A DNA stretch of 64,000 bases from an uncultured Eubacteriales bacterium (GTDB taxonomy: Bacteria; Bacillota; Clostridia; Oscillospirales; CAG-272), in the NCBI GenBank assembly GCA_958414825.1, contig CATYXQ010000005.1, forward strand, positions 1,882 through 65,881, written 5' to 3'. Below are positions 22,801-31,812 of the stretch, in pieces. The translations under genes were made by a program, and so were the position numbers. Within the stretch, counting starts at the first letter, position 1. Each line of letters opens with the position of its first letter. The notes below the pieces were generated by a model that was given only the letters and a program-made list of their open reading frames with translations, had not been told where the DNA came from and did not search any database.

Positions 22801-23611
22801 GTATTGCTTTATTGCCTGCGATGACGGCGACAATACAAATCACCGCATGTACGTGATCAAATGCCTCACAGACGACCTTATGGGGGCGTGGGGACATCCG
22901 CTTACCGGAGAAGAAAACGTACCGATTAAAGTAGAAAGCCCAGACGTTCCCGAACTGACTAACGATACATGGGCGGCCGGTCAGACGGTGATTCGCATCG
23001 ACGGTCAGCTTTACACCATGTGGGTCGGCGAAACCGGCCGCGGCACATCGGATTTCCATCAGACAATCAATATTGCAAAGTTGTCTAACCCGTGGACGAT
23101 CACCAAATCATACGGCGTCATCTGCGTGCCGGAATATTCTTGGGAAAAAGGCGGCGCAGACGGGATTCGGCCTCAGGTTGTTGAAGGCGGCACGGCTGTA
23201 TACGGCAGCGACGGGTCAGTATACGTCGTTTACTCAGGAAGTGGATATTGGACAACCGAATATAAGCTCGGCCAACTCAAATATCTCGGCGGAGATCCGC
23301 TCGACATCAAAAACTGGGAAAAACTTCCGACCCCGATTTTCTCAAAATCGAACGAACTTAACGGCTGCGGTCATGCATCCTATGTAACCGATACGGACGG
23401 CCAGGGATGGATCTGCTATCACGCATACCTCGGTACAGACACCTCAAGCGGTCGCTATGCGTTTGTTGAACCCTACACTGCCGATAAAAACGGCGTTGTG
23501 ATCGGAAACGGCACAAAGCACCCCGAAAGTCCCTCAAAGACCTATACCGTTAATGTCAATCCAAGACCTCTGGCGGAAAAAATCAGCAACTTTGGTTCTA
23601 TCGAAAAGTAA
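19844..23611 (+). CDS. surface lipoprotein with three beta-helix-like modules and a C-terminal glycoside hydrolase family 43 domain
   Basis: The 1255-aa ORF has a signal peptide with a lipobox-like FFTSC. Three modules each open with a DUF1565/pectate-lyase-like Y-x-x-x-G-x-G-x-x-x-x-P-x-x-L-x-x-A motif followed by GG-rich rungs. The C-terminus has GH43 propeller signatures: NGADPWLFYHDGNYYYIAT, LWSPEIHYF, VEGGTAVYGSDGSVYVVYSG. Confidence 0.8.
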   Translation: MKKFLALLFALILVCFFTSCGEKTPVPSSDIGSADGTEPNQTEQTEPPVHTEIIYVHSGIGSDEAAGNNPDAPLKTLPCAIQKLKEIGGQIVIMDAYTISSELTEPIHTAPITITTNDGNTDYGKDGAMLAFGNALRYQIGGDTTFENIQINFAGTLNFVANYNYVTFGQNVITKNTSAGNGIYVIGGYQSPNNDVDVSRNSHITIQSGTFYAVAGGTRQVASGAKNMTFTGTHYIDISGGTVSKVYGGSLERQYSNNANITVSGGTVKQLFTGGDATRRLNGNATVTLSGGTVDQLNINNVVGAANVHLTGTNVKSVSVSYANTEITELAKKSGAIKTLHYNALFYEPTFIESIGAKFDATTNITKIYAKEGANGTGASETDPASFSDAFAKAAKMGGEIAVIDSIEIKNFTEPAHSDKILIKGAAKDSSLLISGVYTLGGETAFEKITLDADKSTLNAESGTLTIKDSVTMSGKADVNGSAVLQSGTFGVVNGGNSDAVIVINGANADTVIGGTASADIEITDGSIGTLKTTEDAIRRFRLNISGGNIQKLEFNNVSEKLEIILYGGKIASYAVNGNNVQGTAKLNEAFYKLTDLGAAASLFTVDNEQVVYLMNGGTGNGTAPTMPFGNLKDAYAALPNGGVIVICGPYTLDSVQNNLKNTSKITITSVYGDTDYAKTNSANFQFGADFYCGGETEFRDITLICAKRYCSLYANGNKLTLGDNIISEQHSSVNTYLSVMGGGTQGLSSTNLTINSGKWQRVRGGNAKDAANMTVNLTVNGGEFVEPVTLGSGAAHSGDIRAEINGGIFYQGIFASTLEATNLSVNSNVTLTINGGTVYGTVAPARKKLGTYTGSYTVYINGGEFAHLTDLTGTDGMTGTMTSSLHVGVGVDINAKETGAMSFTNPIRSNGADPWLFYHDGNYYYIATAGSQLTLYKAANIGDLPHAAGQMIYKPEAGKPWSKNLWSPEIHYFGPEDFGEEYAGWYCFIACDDGDNTNHRMYVIKCLTDDLMGAWGHPLTGEENVPIKVESPDVPELTNDTWAAGQTVIRIDGQLYTMWVGETGRGTSDFHQTINIAKLSNPWTITKSYGVICVPEYSWEKGGADGIRPQVVEGGTAVYGSDGSVYVVYSGSGYWTTEYKLGQLKYLGGDPLDIKNWEKLPTPIFSKSNELNGCGHASYVTDTDGQGWICYHAYLGTDTSSGRYAFVEPYTADKNGVVIGNGTKHPESPSKTYTVNVNPRPLAEKISNFGSIEK

Positions 23612-23643
23612 AAACCACAAACAATCGTAAAATACAAAAATGC

Positions 23644-23707
23644 GGAAGACATCCGGAAACGCTGCACATTTTAAAAAACGGCTGCGCTCCCGGACGTCTT
23701 CCTTTTT
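23644..23707 (+). terminator. long-loop hairpin terminator between the paralogs
   Basis: GGAAGACATCCGG and CCGGACGTCTTCC arms followed by TTTTT. Confidence 0.5.
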
Positions 23708-23767
23708 AAACGATTGACTGCACGTTTTCCCGCGTTCCGTCAAATTTTACTTTCATGAGGTAAGCCT

Positions 23768-26700
23768 ATGAATCCTATTTTTAAGCGCTTTGCCAAATGG
23801 ACACTCTGTCTGTGTATGTTCTCGCTGTGCGCTTTACTTGCATTTTTCGCCTTTCAAATAAATGCATCTGCGGCAAGCACAGAGGAAATCGTTATTTATG
23901 TCGATTCTAAAACCGGTAATGACGAAGCGGCCGGCACTACATCGGAAATGCCGCTCAAAACACTCTCCGGCGCAATCGACCAATTAAAGGACAGCGGCGG
24001 GCGCATCGTTGTCATGAACGCCTATACGTTCTCCTCCGTTATGACCGAACCCAAGCATACCGGTACAATCACGATCACCTCAAACGACAATGTGACCGAC
24101 TATGGAAAAAGCGGCGCAAAGCTCATTTTCGGCAATACGCTTCGCTACATACTAAACGGCAATACCGTATTTGAAGACATCCAAATTGAATTCGGAAACA
24201 CGCTCAACTTTATAGCCAATTATAACCGCATTACCTTTGGAACGGGCGTCACAACCCAAAACACGGGATCAGGCGACGGCGTTTATATCGTCGGCGGTTA
24301 CCAGAACCCGTCAAATGATGTGGATATAACAAAAGACTCGCATATTACAATTCAAAGCGGTACATTTTTCACCGTAATCGGCGGATCGAGGCACATCGCG
24401 CCCGGCGCGGATAACATGGCTTTTACCGGTACACATTACATTGATATTTCCGGCGGTATAATTTCTAAGGTGTACGGCGCTTCTATGGAGCGTCAATACT
24501 CCAATCATGCAAAAATCACAGTCAGCGGCGGAAGAATCAACCAACTGTTCACAGGCGGCGATATTTCCCGCAGACTAAACGGGAACGCGCTTTTAACACT
24601 TTCAGGCGGAACCATCAATCAACTGCATATCAACAACGTTATTGGAAAAGCCGACGTGTATCTGACCGGCGCAACCGTCAAAAAAGCCACGGTGTCCTAC
24701 AATAATTCGGAAGTTACCGAACTTGCAAGAAAGTCCAACAAGCCAAAAACGCTTTATTACAACGCGCTCTTTTACGAACCCTCGCAAATCGGGCTTGTTG
24801 CACCGGATTTTGATACGGCGGTCAATATTACAAAGGTGTACGCAAAAGACGGCGCCAACGGAACCGGCGCTTCCCTCTCCTCCCCTGCATCTTTTGCCGA
24901 CGCATTTGCAGAAGCGGCAAAAATGGGCGGTGAAATCGCAGTTATCGGCGCCATCCAAATCCATGATTTTTCGGAACCCGAACACAGCGCCGACGTGCAG
25001 ATCACCGGTACAGATCAAGGCGGTGCACTCATCGTCGGAGGCATTTACACGCTGAACGGTAAAACGACATTTGAGAATATCACGCTTAGAGCAAATCAAT
25101 GCGCATTCGACGCCCAAAACGGATACCTTATCATTCAGGATACCGTCGCCATGTCCGGTAAAGCCGATGTAACCGGTTCCGCCGCGCTGTACACCGGTAT
25201 TTTCGGAACGATCGGAGGAGGCAATGCAAACGCATCCATCACGCTGGACGGCGCGATCGCGGACACGATTGTCGGCGGTACAAAATCGGCCGACATTGAA
25301 ATCATCAGCGGAATCGTCAATACTGTCAAAACCACCGACAGTAAAATCAAGCGTTTCTTTCTCAACATCAGCGGCGGCAATATACAGAAGCTGGAATTTA
25401 ACAACGTTACAGAAGAGCTTGATCTCATCCTGTACGGAGGCAAAATCGATACCTATATACTGAGCGGCAAATGTGTACCGGGCACGCTCAAGCTAAACCA
25501 ATCACACTACACTCTTTCCGACCTCGGTGATGCCGCATCTCTATTTTCAATCTGTGAGGAAAATGTGGTCTATCTTGCAAACGGCGGCGACGGCAACGGT
25601 ATGACGCCCTCGCAGCCGCTCGGCAGTCTCAAAGACGCTTATACCGCCCTGCCAAACGGAGGCGTTGTTGTAGTATGCGGCGATTACACGGTAAGCGAAG
25701 TTTTTCTCAACGCGGCAAATTCTTCCAAAATTACCATTACCTCTGTATACGACGGCATAGACTATGCAAAGTCAAACGATGCCAAACTGCATTTTCAGGC
25801 CAATTTCTATTGCGGAGGTGAAACCGAATTTCACGACATCACGCTTGTATGTGAAAAAAACTACGGCGCGCTTTACGGAAACGGTCACAAGCTGACGCTT
25901 GGCAAACATATTACCTGTGAAAAAGCCGCCAATATCAACACATATCTCTCTATTATGGGCGGCGGCGCCTCTTCAATCAGCCGCCCCCAAACCGATCTGA
26001 CCATCAGTAGCGGCAAATGGCAAAGAGTGCGCGGCGGCAACGCAACCAACGGCAGCAAAACGCTTAAAGTCCGTTTGACTGTCAACGGCGGAGAATTTTT
26101 TGAACGGCTTACGCTCGGCGGAGCGCTTTCGCACAACGGCGACATTCATGCCGAAATCAACGGAGGCACTTTCTACCAGGGGATATTTGCCTCTACGCTG
26201 GATTCAAACAATCTTTCGCTAAATTCAAATATTACGCTTACCATCAACGGCGGAACTGTTTATGGTACCATCGCTGCGGCCAGCACAAAGCTCGGAACGT
26301 ATAAAGGCAGCTATAACGTCTGCATCAACGGAGGCGAATTTGCCCATGTTACCGACTTTCTCGGCACAGAAGATCTAAACGGCGGTATGACGAGTACGCT
26401 GTACTATGCTTCCGATATTGACATCCGCGAAAACGAAACCGGCTCCATGTCCTTTACCAATCCGATCCGTTCAAACGGTGCAGATCCCTGGCTGTTCTTT
26501 CATGACGGCAATTACTACTATATCGCTACCACCGGATCGCAGTTAAAACTGTATAAAGCGGCAAACATCGGCGATTTAAAATATGATCCCGGAAAGCTAA
26601 TCTACAAACCGGCTGAGGGGACAATGTGGTCGAAAAGCCTCTGGTCACCCGAAATTCATTACTTTGGCCCGGAAGATTTCGGTGAGGAATACGCCGGCTG

Positions 26701-28099
26701 GTATTGCTTTATTGCCTGTGACGACGGCAACAATGTCAATCACCGCATGTATGTGATCAAATGTCTTACAGACGACTTAATGGGACCGTGGGGACACCCG
26801 CTTACCAAAGAGGCAAACGTGCCAATCAAAGTAGAAAGTCCGGATAACCCCAAACTGACCAACGAAACATGGGCGGCCGGTCAAACAGGGATCCGAATAA
26901 ACGGTCAATTTTACGTCATGTGGGTCGGTGAAACCGGCCGAAACACCCCGGATTTTCATCAGACGATTAACATTGCAAAACTCTCCAATCCGTGGACAAT
27001 CACCGGCTCATACGGCGTAATCTGCGTACCGGAATATTCCTGGGAAATGGGCGGATATTCGTATAACGCCTCCACTGGTACGGGTTTACCGAAAGTCGTC
27101 GAGGGAGGCACTGCCGTATACGGCAGCGATGGTTCCATCTACATCGTTTACTCAGGCAGCGGATACTGGACAACCGAATATAAACTCGGACAGCTCAAAT
27201 ATCTCGGCGGAGATCCGCTTAACATCCATAACTGGGAAAAACTGCCCACACCGATTTTGTCAAAATCCGAAAACATCAACGGCTGCGGTCATGCGTCCTA
27301 TGTAACCGATACGGACGGTCAAGGATGGATCTGCTATCATGCCTATATCGGCGCCGACACTTCAAGCGGCAGATATGCATTTGTAGAACCCTACACGGCA
27401 GACAAAAACGGCGTAGTGATCGGCAACGGATCCAAAAAGCCAGCGGATATTGATACGGTTTATACAGTCAATCTCAATCCACGGCCGCTTGCAGAGAAAA
27501 TTGACGGCTTTCATTCCATTCTTCAAACCTCCGAAAAATTCCCTCAGATTCGCATGTATCAAGATCAATTTGCCGATATTTCCGTATCCCATTGGTCTTA
27601 TGCTTTCGTGAAAAGCGCTTACGAAATCGGCCTCGCCAACGGTATCGGAGAAGGCGCATTCGGTCCGGATTCCAACTTCACCGTCGCACAGGCGCTGACC
27701 GCAGCAGCCAATATTCACAGCATCTACTACCAAAAAGAAATCCATACCGAAGACGCTGCCAATTGGTACGCGCCGTATATCGAGTACTGCATTGAAAACG
27801 GCATTATCACCGCAGATCAATTTTCAAATTACGACGCAAATATTACCCGCGGCGATATGGCGATCGTATTTGCCGATATTCTGCCCGAAACAGAATATAC
27901 CGCCCTTCGCAGCGGCACAAATCCGGATGTTTCAAGCGATATGACCTGCTACAGAGCCGTGCAAAAGCTCTATAACGCAGGCATTGTCAGCGGAGATATC
28001 GACACCGGGAACTACCGTCCCAATGACGAAATTCGACGCAGCGAAGCCTGTGTCATATTCACCCGCATTGCACTGTCCGGTACTCGCACCGCCAACTAA
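23768..28099 (+). CDS. SLH-anchored paralog with three beta-helix-like modules, a GH43 domain and three S-layer homology domains
   Basis: The 1443-aa ORF has a Sec signal peptide (…FQINASAAST). It is collinear with 19844..23611 over its whole length. The C-terminal extension from about 27569 has three SLH repeats (FADISVSHWSYAFVKSAYEIGLANG..., WYAPYIEYCIENGIIT..., NPDVSSDMTCYRAVQKLYNAGIVSG...). Confidence 0.82.
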   Translation: MNPIFKRFAKWTLCLCMFSLCALLAFFAFQINASAASTEEIVIYVDSKTGNDEAAGTTSEMPLKTLSGAIDQLKDSGGRIVVMNAYTFSSVMTEPKHTGTITITSNDNVTDYGKSGAKLIFGNTLRYILNGNTVFEDIQIEFGNTLNFIANYNRITFGTGVTTQNTGSGDGVYIVGGYQNPSNDVDITKDSHITIQSGTFFTVIGGSRHIAPGADNMAFTGTHYIDISGGIISKVYGASMERQYSNHAKITVSGGRINQLFTGGDISRRLNGNALLTLSGGTINQLHINNVIGKADVYLTGATVKKATVSYNNSEVTELARKSNKPKTLYYNALFYEPSQIGLVAPDFDTAVNITKVYAKDGANGTGASLSSPASFADAFAEAAKMGGEIAVIGAIQIHDFSEPEHSADVQITGTDQGGALIVGGIYTLNGKTTFENITLRANQCAFDAQNGYLIIQDTVAMSGKADVTGSAALYTGIFGTIGGGNANASITLDGAIADTIVGGTKSADIEIISGIVNTVKTTDSKIKRFFLNISGGNIQKLEFNNVTEELDLILYGGKIDTYILSGKCVPGTLKLNQSHYTLSDLGDAASLFSICEENVVYLANGGDGNGMTPSQPLGSLKDAYTALPNGGVVVVCGDYTVSEVFLNAANSSKITITSVYDGIDYAKSNDAKLHFQANFYCGGETEFHDITLVCEKNYGALYGNGHKLTLGKHITCEKAANINTYLSIMGGGASSISRPQTDLTISSGKWQRVRGGNATNGSKTLKVRLTVNGGEFFERLTLGGALSHNGDIHAEINGGTFYQGIFASTLDSNNLSLNSNITLTINGGTVYGTIAAASTKLGTYKGSYNVCINGGEFAHVTDFLGTEDLNGGMTSTLYYASDIDIRENETGSMSFTNPIRSNGADPWLFFHDGNYYYIATTGSQLKLYKAANIGDLKYDPGKLIYKPAEGTMWSKSLWSPEIHYFGPEDFGEEYAGWYCFIACDDGNNVNHRMYVIKCLTDDLMGPWGHPLTKEANVPIKVESPDNPKLTNETWAAGQTGIRINGQFYVMWVGETGRNTPDFHQTINIAKLSNPWTITGSYGVICVPEYSWEMGGYSYNASTGTGLPKVVEGGTAVYGSDGSIYIVYSGSGYWTTEYKLGQLKYLGGDPLNIHNWEKLPTPILSKSENINGCGHASYVTDTDGQGWICYHAYIGADTSSGRYAFVEPYTADKNGVVIGNGSKKPADIDTVYTVNLNPRPLAEKIDGFHSILQTSEKFPQIRMYQDQFADISVSHWSYAFVKSAYEIGLANGIGEGAFGPDSNFTVAQALTAAANIHSIYYQKEIHTEDAANWYAPYIEYCIENGIITADQFSNYDANITRGDMAIVFADILPETEYTALRSGTNPDVSSDMTCYRAVQKLYNAGIVSGDIDTGNYRPNDEIRRSEACVIFTRIALSGTRTAN

Positions 28100-28114
28100 A
28101 CATCGTTCCAGCTG

Positions 28115-28160
28115 AAAAGAGAGCGCGTGCTTTTATGAAAAAACACGCGCTCTCTTTTTC
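28115..28160 (+). terminator. intrinsic terminator
   Basis: AAAAGAGAGCGCGTG, a loop, then CACGCGCTCTCTTTT plus a T-run, 16 nt after the stop at 28099. Confidence 0.8.
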
Positions 28161-28382
28161 ATATTTTCCCTTCAATAATGAAATGCCGGTTCCAATACTC
28201 CGTATATACGCGATCCGTATCTCCGTTAAATTTATAAGTTTACGAGCCGCCAATCGCTTTTTGCAGTGATGTAACCTATAAAAACGTATCATTTCACGCA
28301 ACAAAATGTTTTACTCTTTCTATTCTTGCGGCACTCTACATTTTATTGACCGGTATCATGCAGCAGATTAATATGTCTTGCG

Positions 28383-28514
28383 ACCGATACCGAAAACAAA
28401 ATCGTTTATGTCTACTCGTCTGTCGAGAACAATCAGGCAAACGGGTACTTAAATTACAAAAGCCAACTCAAATATCTCGGCGAAAATCCGATAAATCATA
28501 GCGGTTGGCCGAAA
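28383..28514 (+). pseudogene. decayed fragment of a third GH43 paralog (C-terminal blade only)
   Basis: The frame translates to TDTENKIVYVYSSVENNQANGYLNYKSQLKYLGENPINHSGWPK. This aligns with GSDGSVYVVYSGSGYWTTEYKLGQLKYLGGDPLDIKNWEKLP of the two intact genes. An in-frame stop lies at 28347, and there is no start or RBS. Confidence 0.55.
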
Positions 28515-28545
28515 CGCATATGCGCCCGGATGTTTCTTTGCATAT

Positions 28546-29379
28546 TCAATCGACGGTATTTTTTATAGGCTCTACCGGAATCTGAATTTCCGTCGTATAA
28601 TCTTTCGGATCTTTTGTCGTGAGCGAATCCAACACACAATACTCATAGGCGGCGCCCGACGGAGCATAACCCGCTTGATTCAGATTTTCCAGCAATCGGC
28701 GATACGTTCGTCCAATCTGTGCATACGCCCCAACGTGATATCCGCGGTAATACTGTCCCGCAGGCTTCACAAAAAGCGCCTCGACGCCATTCGGAGCATC
28801 CAACGGCAAAAAAGCAAAATCAAAACGGATAAAATCCCCGCGCAACAAATTTTCTTTCAAAATTGCATCACCGATCTGATAAAAATGCGCATATCCGTTT
28901 GCGGTCGCACGTATAAGCAAACGTTTAACCGCCATATCCACCTCCAGCAATCCATGAGGAGGAACGGTTTTTTCAATTGCAAAATAAGCCTGCTCGCATC
29001 GAATCAATCCGTCCTCTGACGGACCGGTTTCAAGGAAACGCTCCATCATCTCAACTTTATGCGAAAGACGCCGCTCAACCCGCTGCCAATGCCGAAGCCG
29101 CTCTTGCAAAACGTCTCTCTGCTCCCGAATCGCCGTCAATGTATTTTCTCCGGTGCGGCTCTGCATATGCGCGCGGATTTCGGACAGAGAAAACCCCATA
29201 TCCCGCAGCAATAAAATACTGTCAAGCTGTTCCAACTGTTCCGCAGTATAATACCGGTATCCGTTTCGCGGATCTACGATACTCGGCTTAAATACATTTT
29301 CCCGGTCATAAAAAATCAGCATCTGCTTGGAAATGCCATTCAGTTTGGCCATTTCTCCCACAGTAAATCGTACATCCAC
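28546..29379 (-). CDS. MerR-family transcriptional regulator with GyrI-like (BmrR-type) effector domain
   Basis: The GTG at 29379 lies 8 nt after GGAGG. The N-terminal HTH is FTVGEMAKLNGISKQMLIFYDRENVFKP...GYRYYTAEQLEQL. The C-terminal roughly 150 aa are GyrI-like. The ORF-track start at 29514 would cover the divergent promoter. Confidence 0.8.
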   Translation of the reverse strand: MDVRFTVGEMAKLNGISKQMLIFYDRENVFKPSIVDPRNGYRYYTAEQLEQLDSILLLRDMGFSLSEIRAHMQSRTGENTLTAIREQRDVLQERLRHWQRVERRLSHKVEMMERFLETGPSEDGLIRCEQAYFAIEKTVPPHGLLEVDMAVKRLLIRATANGYAHFYQIGDAILKENLLRGDFIRFDFAFLPLDAPNGVEALFVKPAGQYYRGYHVGAYAQIGRTYRRLLENLNQAGYAPSGAAYEYCVLDSLTTKDPKDYTTEIQIPVEPIKNTVD

Positions 29380-29399
29380 AAAAAATTCCTCCAAAACAC

Positions 29400-29430
29400 T
29401 TGACAATATAGCTACTATATTGTTTATACT
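29400..29430 (+). promoter_or_regulatory. MerR-type promoter and operator
   Basis: TTGACA (29400-29405), a 19-nt spacer, then TATACT (29425-29430). The spacer contains the perfect inverted repeat ATATAG-CTA-CTATAT (29406-29420). Confidence 0.7.
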
Positions 29431-29469
29431 TAAAAATACAGTCAACCATAAAAGAAAGGGGCTCGCAAA

Positions 29470-30156
29470 TTGACATCCTCGAACCAATCTATCCGATTTC
29501 AACCATTCAAACACTGGCTATTGCTTGCAACGGGTGCGGCCATACTCGCTTTCGGCATGTTCAACATCCACAGCCGAGGCCTCATTACAGAGGGCGGCGT
29601 GCTCGGTATGACGCTTCTGCTCAAACACTGGTTTCATATTACGCCGGGTATTTCCGGCTTTTGTCTGGACGCACTGTGTTATTTTTTCGGGTTCCGGTTT
29701 CTCGGACGCGCATTTTTAAAAAACGCGCTTGCCGCGAGTCTGTGTTTTTCGGTATTTTACAATCTGTTTGAACATATAGGCTATATTTTGCCTGATCTTT
29801 GTATGTATCCGCTTACAGCGGCGGTGCTCGGCAGCATCTTTGTCGGCGTAGGCGTAGGTCTTATCGTCCGCGAAGGCGGCGCCGCCGGCGGCGATGACGC
29901 TTTGGCGCTCGTGCTTTCCAAACTGCTGCACTGCAAAATCAGCCTTGCCTACTTAGCAACCGATTTAACGGTGCTTCTACTTTCTTTAAGCTACATTCCG
30001 ATTCAAAATATTTTATATTCTTTGGTTACCGTCACACTCTCCTCTTTTTTGATCGGAGCGTTCCAAAAAAACGACAAGCCTTGCAAAAATCAATGCGATC
30101 AAGGTAAGACAAATCAAACTCGCCGCCAAAAAAATGAATCCCGGCATTCGTCCTGA
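29470..30156 (+). CDS. YitT/YczE-like integral membrane protein
   Basis: The 228-aa ORF has a TTG start after AAAGGGG. It is a multi-TM protein with YitT-family-like segments (GMFNIHSRGLITEGGVLGMTLLL, REGGAAGGDDALALVL). It is the target of the MerR-type promoter. Confidence 0.65.
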   Translation: MTSSNQSIRFQPFKHWLLLATGAAILAFGMFNIHSRGLITEGGVLGMTLLLKHWFHITPGISGFCLDALCYFFGFRFLGRAFLKNALAASLCFSVFYNLFEHIGYILPDLCMYPLTAAVLGSIFVGVGVGLIVREGGAAGGDDALALVLSKLLHCKISLAYLATDLTVLLLSLSYIPIQNILYSLVTVTLSSFLIGAFQKNDKPCKNQCDQGKTNQTRRQKNESRHSS

Positions 30157-30168
30157 CGCCGGGCTATG

Positions 30169-30675
30169 CTAACGCAAAAACGCACGAATCTGTTCCGCAC
30201 ACTCAAGATATCGTTTGTAAACATGTCCGACAAATTTACCCTGCTTATACAGTTTTTCGATTTCATCCGGAAAAACGAATTTCGCATCTACCACCTCGTT
30301 CGCCTGCAGGCGCAGCGACAATACCTCTGCATCGGTACAAAACAAATAAAAGTCATGTAAAAATCGACCGGTACAGGAACGACCGAGCAATTGAAGCGTT
30401 TCGGGAAGCACCGAAAGTCCCGTTTCCTCAAACAATTCACGGACAGCGGCAGTACGGCTGTCTTCACCGGATTGCACCGCGCCCCCAGTAAATTCCCATT
30501 CGAGCGGATGACTTTTTTTCGGATGCCGCTGTGTAATCAAAAGCTGCCCCAAAGCGTTTACCGTACAAATATCAGCGACCAAAAGATAAGAATCAGGCGG
30601 CAGGCGACCGGTTCCGCGTACGCACCGTTTTCCGATCCGACGCCCGTCAATATCATATAAATCAAGATATTCCAT
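30169..30675 (-). CDS. NUDIX hydrolase
   Basis: The ATG at 30675 follows AAGGAGGAAAACGAT. The Nudix box is GGAVQSGEDSRTAAVRELFEETGL. Confidence 0.85.
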   Translation of the reverse strand: MEYLDLYDIDGRRIGKRCVRGTGRLPPDSYLLVADICTVNALGQLLITQRHPKKSHPLEWEFTGGAVQSGEDSRTAAVRELFEETGLSVLPETLQLLGRSCTGRFLHDFYLFCTDAEVLSLRLQANEVVDAKFVFPDEIEKLYKQGKFVGHVYKRYLECAEQIRAFLR

Positions 30676-30903
30676 ATCGTTTTCCTCCTTTTTCAGTATA
30701 CCATACCGATAAAAAAATTGCAAGAAACGCATAAACATACGGCGAATATATTGAAACCGTGCGGCTATTCTGATATAATAGATAAAATTGCTTGTGACCC
30801 CGGCGATTTTTTGTAAAATTCCCGGACGCCGATCCACACAATACCGGCTCCGGACAAAAAAGGCAAAATCATATTCTGATATTAAGCATCATGAGGAAAG
30901 CAA

Positions 30904-31785
30904 ATGTATGAACTGAAAAAAGTCGGTGGCAATACCTACTATATCGACTGCCCCTCACGGATGGGGATTTATAATTTTTCCGGAAATGAAGTCTGCTTGA
31001 TTGACAGCGGAAACGATAAGGATGCGGGCAAAAAGGTTTTGAAGATTCTGGAAGAAAAAGACTGGATTCTATCCTCTGTAATCAATACGCACATACACGC
31101 CGACCATATCGGAAGCAACAAACTTCTGCACGACCGCACCGGTTGCCGTCTGCTCTACGCCGGGTTTGACGACGCATTTATCGAACACACGATTCTAAAT
31201 CCCACCATATTGTGGGGCGGTTACCCACCGCATGAAATTCGCGAAAACAAGTTTTTTATTGCGCAAAGCAGCAAGGCAGAAAGGCTGAACGCCCAAAATA
31301 TGCCGACCGGCCTTGAGGCGCTGTCGCTGGACGGGCATTCCGCCTCTATGACTGCGTTCAAAACGCCGGACGACGTCTGGTTTTTAGGAGACAGCCTAAC
31401 CGGCCTGAATATTATCGAAAAATACCACGTTTCCTACATCTACAATGTAAAAAACTATATCGAAAGTTTGAAAAAGGTGCGCACGCTCTCCGGACGGCTG
31501 TATATCCCCGCACATGCGGAACCGGTAGAAGACATCGTTCCTCTGGCCAATGCAAATCTTGCCAAAGTGTATGAAATCATCGAAACAATCCGCGAAATCT
31601 GCACGCATCCGCACTGCTTTGAAGATATTTTGCAGTTGATTTTCCAAAAATACAACCTGCGTATGGATTTGAATCAATATATTCTTGTCGGCGCAACGAT
31701 CCGCTCCTACATTTCCTATATGCATGATCTGGAATACCTGCGTTTTTTCGCCAAAGACTGCAAAATCTTCTGGTCAGCTGAATAA
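30904..31785 (+). CDS. MBL-fold metallo-hydrolase
   Basis: The 293-aa ORF has the HxHxDH motif (NTHIHADHIGSN). Confidence 0.8.
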   Translation: MYELKKVGGNTYYIDCPSRMGIYNFSGNEVCLIDSGNDKDAGKKVLKILEEKDWILSSVINTHIHADHIGSNKLLHDRTGCRLLYAGFDDAFIEHTILNPTILWGGYPPHEIRENKFFIAQSSKAERLNAQNMPTGLEALSLDGHSASMTAFKTPDDVWFLGDSLTGLNIIEKYHVSYIYNVKNYIESLKKVRTLSGRLYIPAHAEPVEDIVPLANANLAKVYEIIETIREICTHPHCFEDILQLIFQKYNLRMDLNQYILVGATIRSYISYMHDLEYLRFFAKDCKIFWSAE

Positions 31786-31812
31786 AATATGGATTGAGAA
31801 CAAGAGGTCGTT

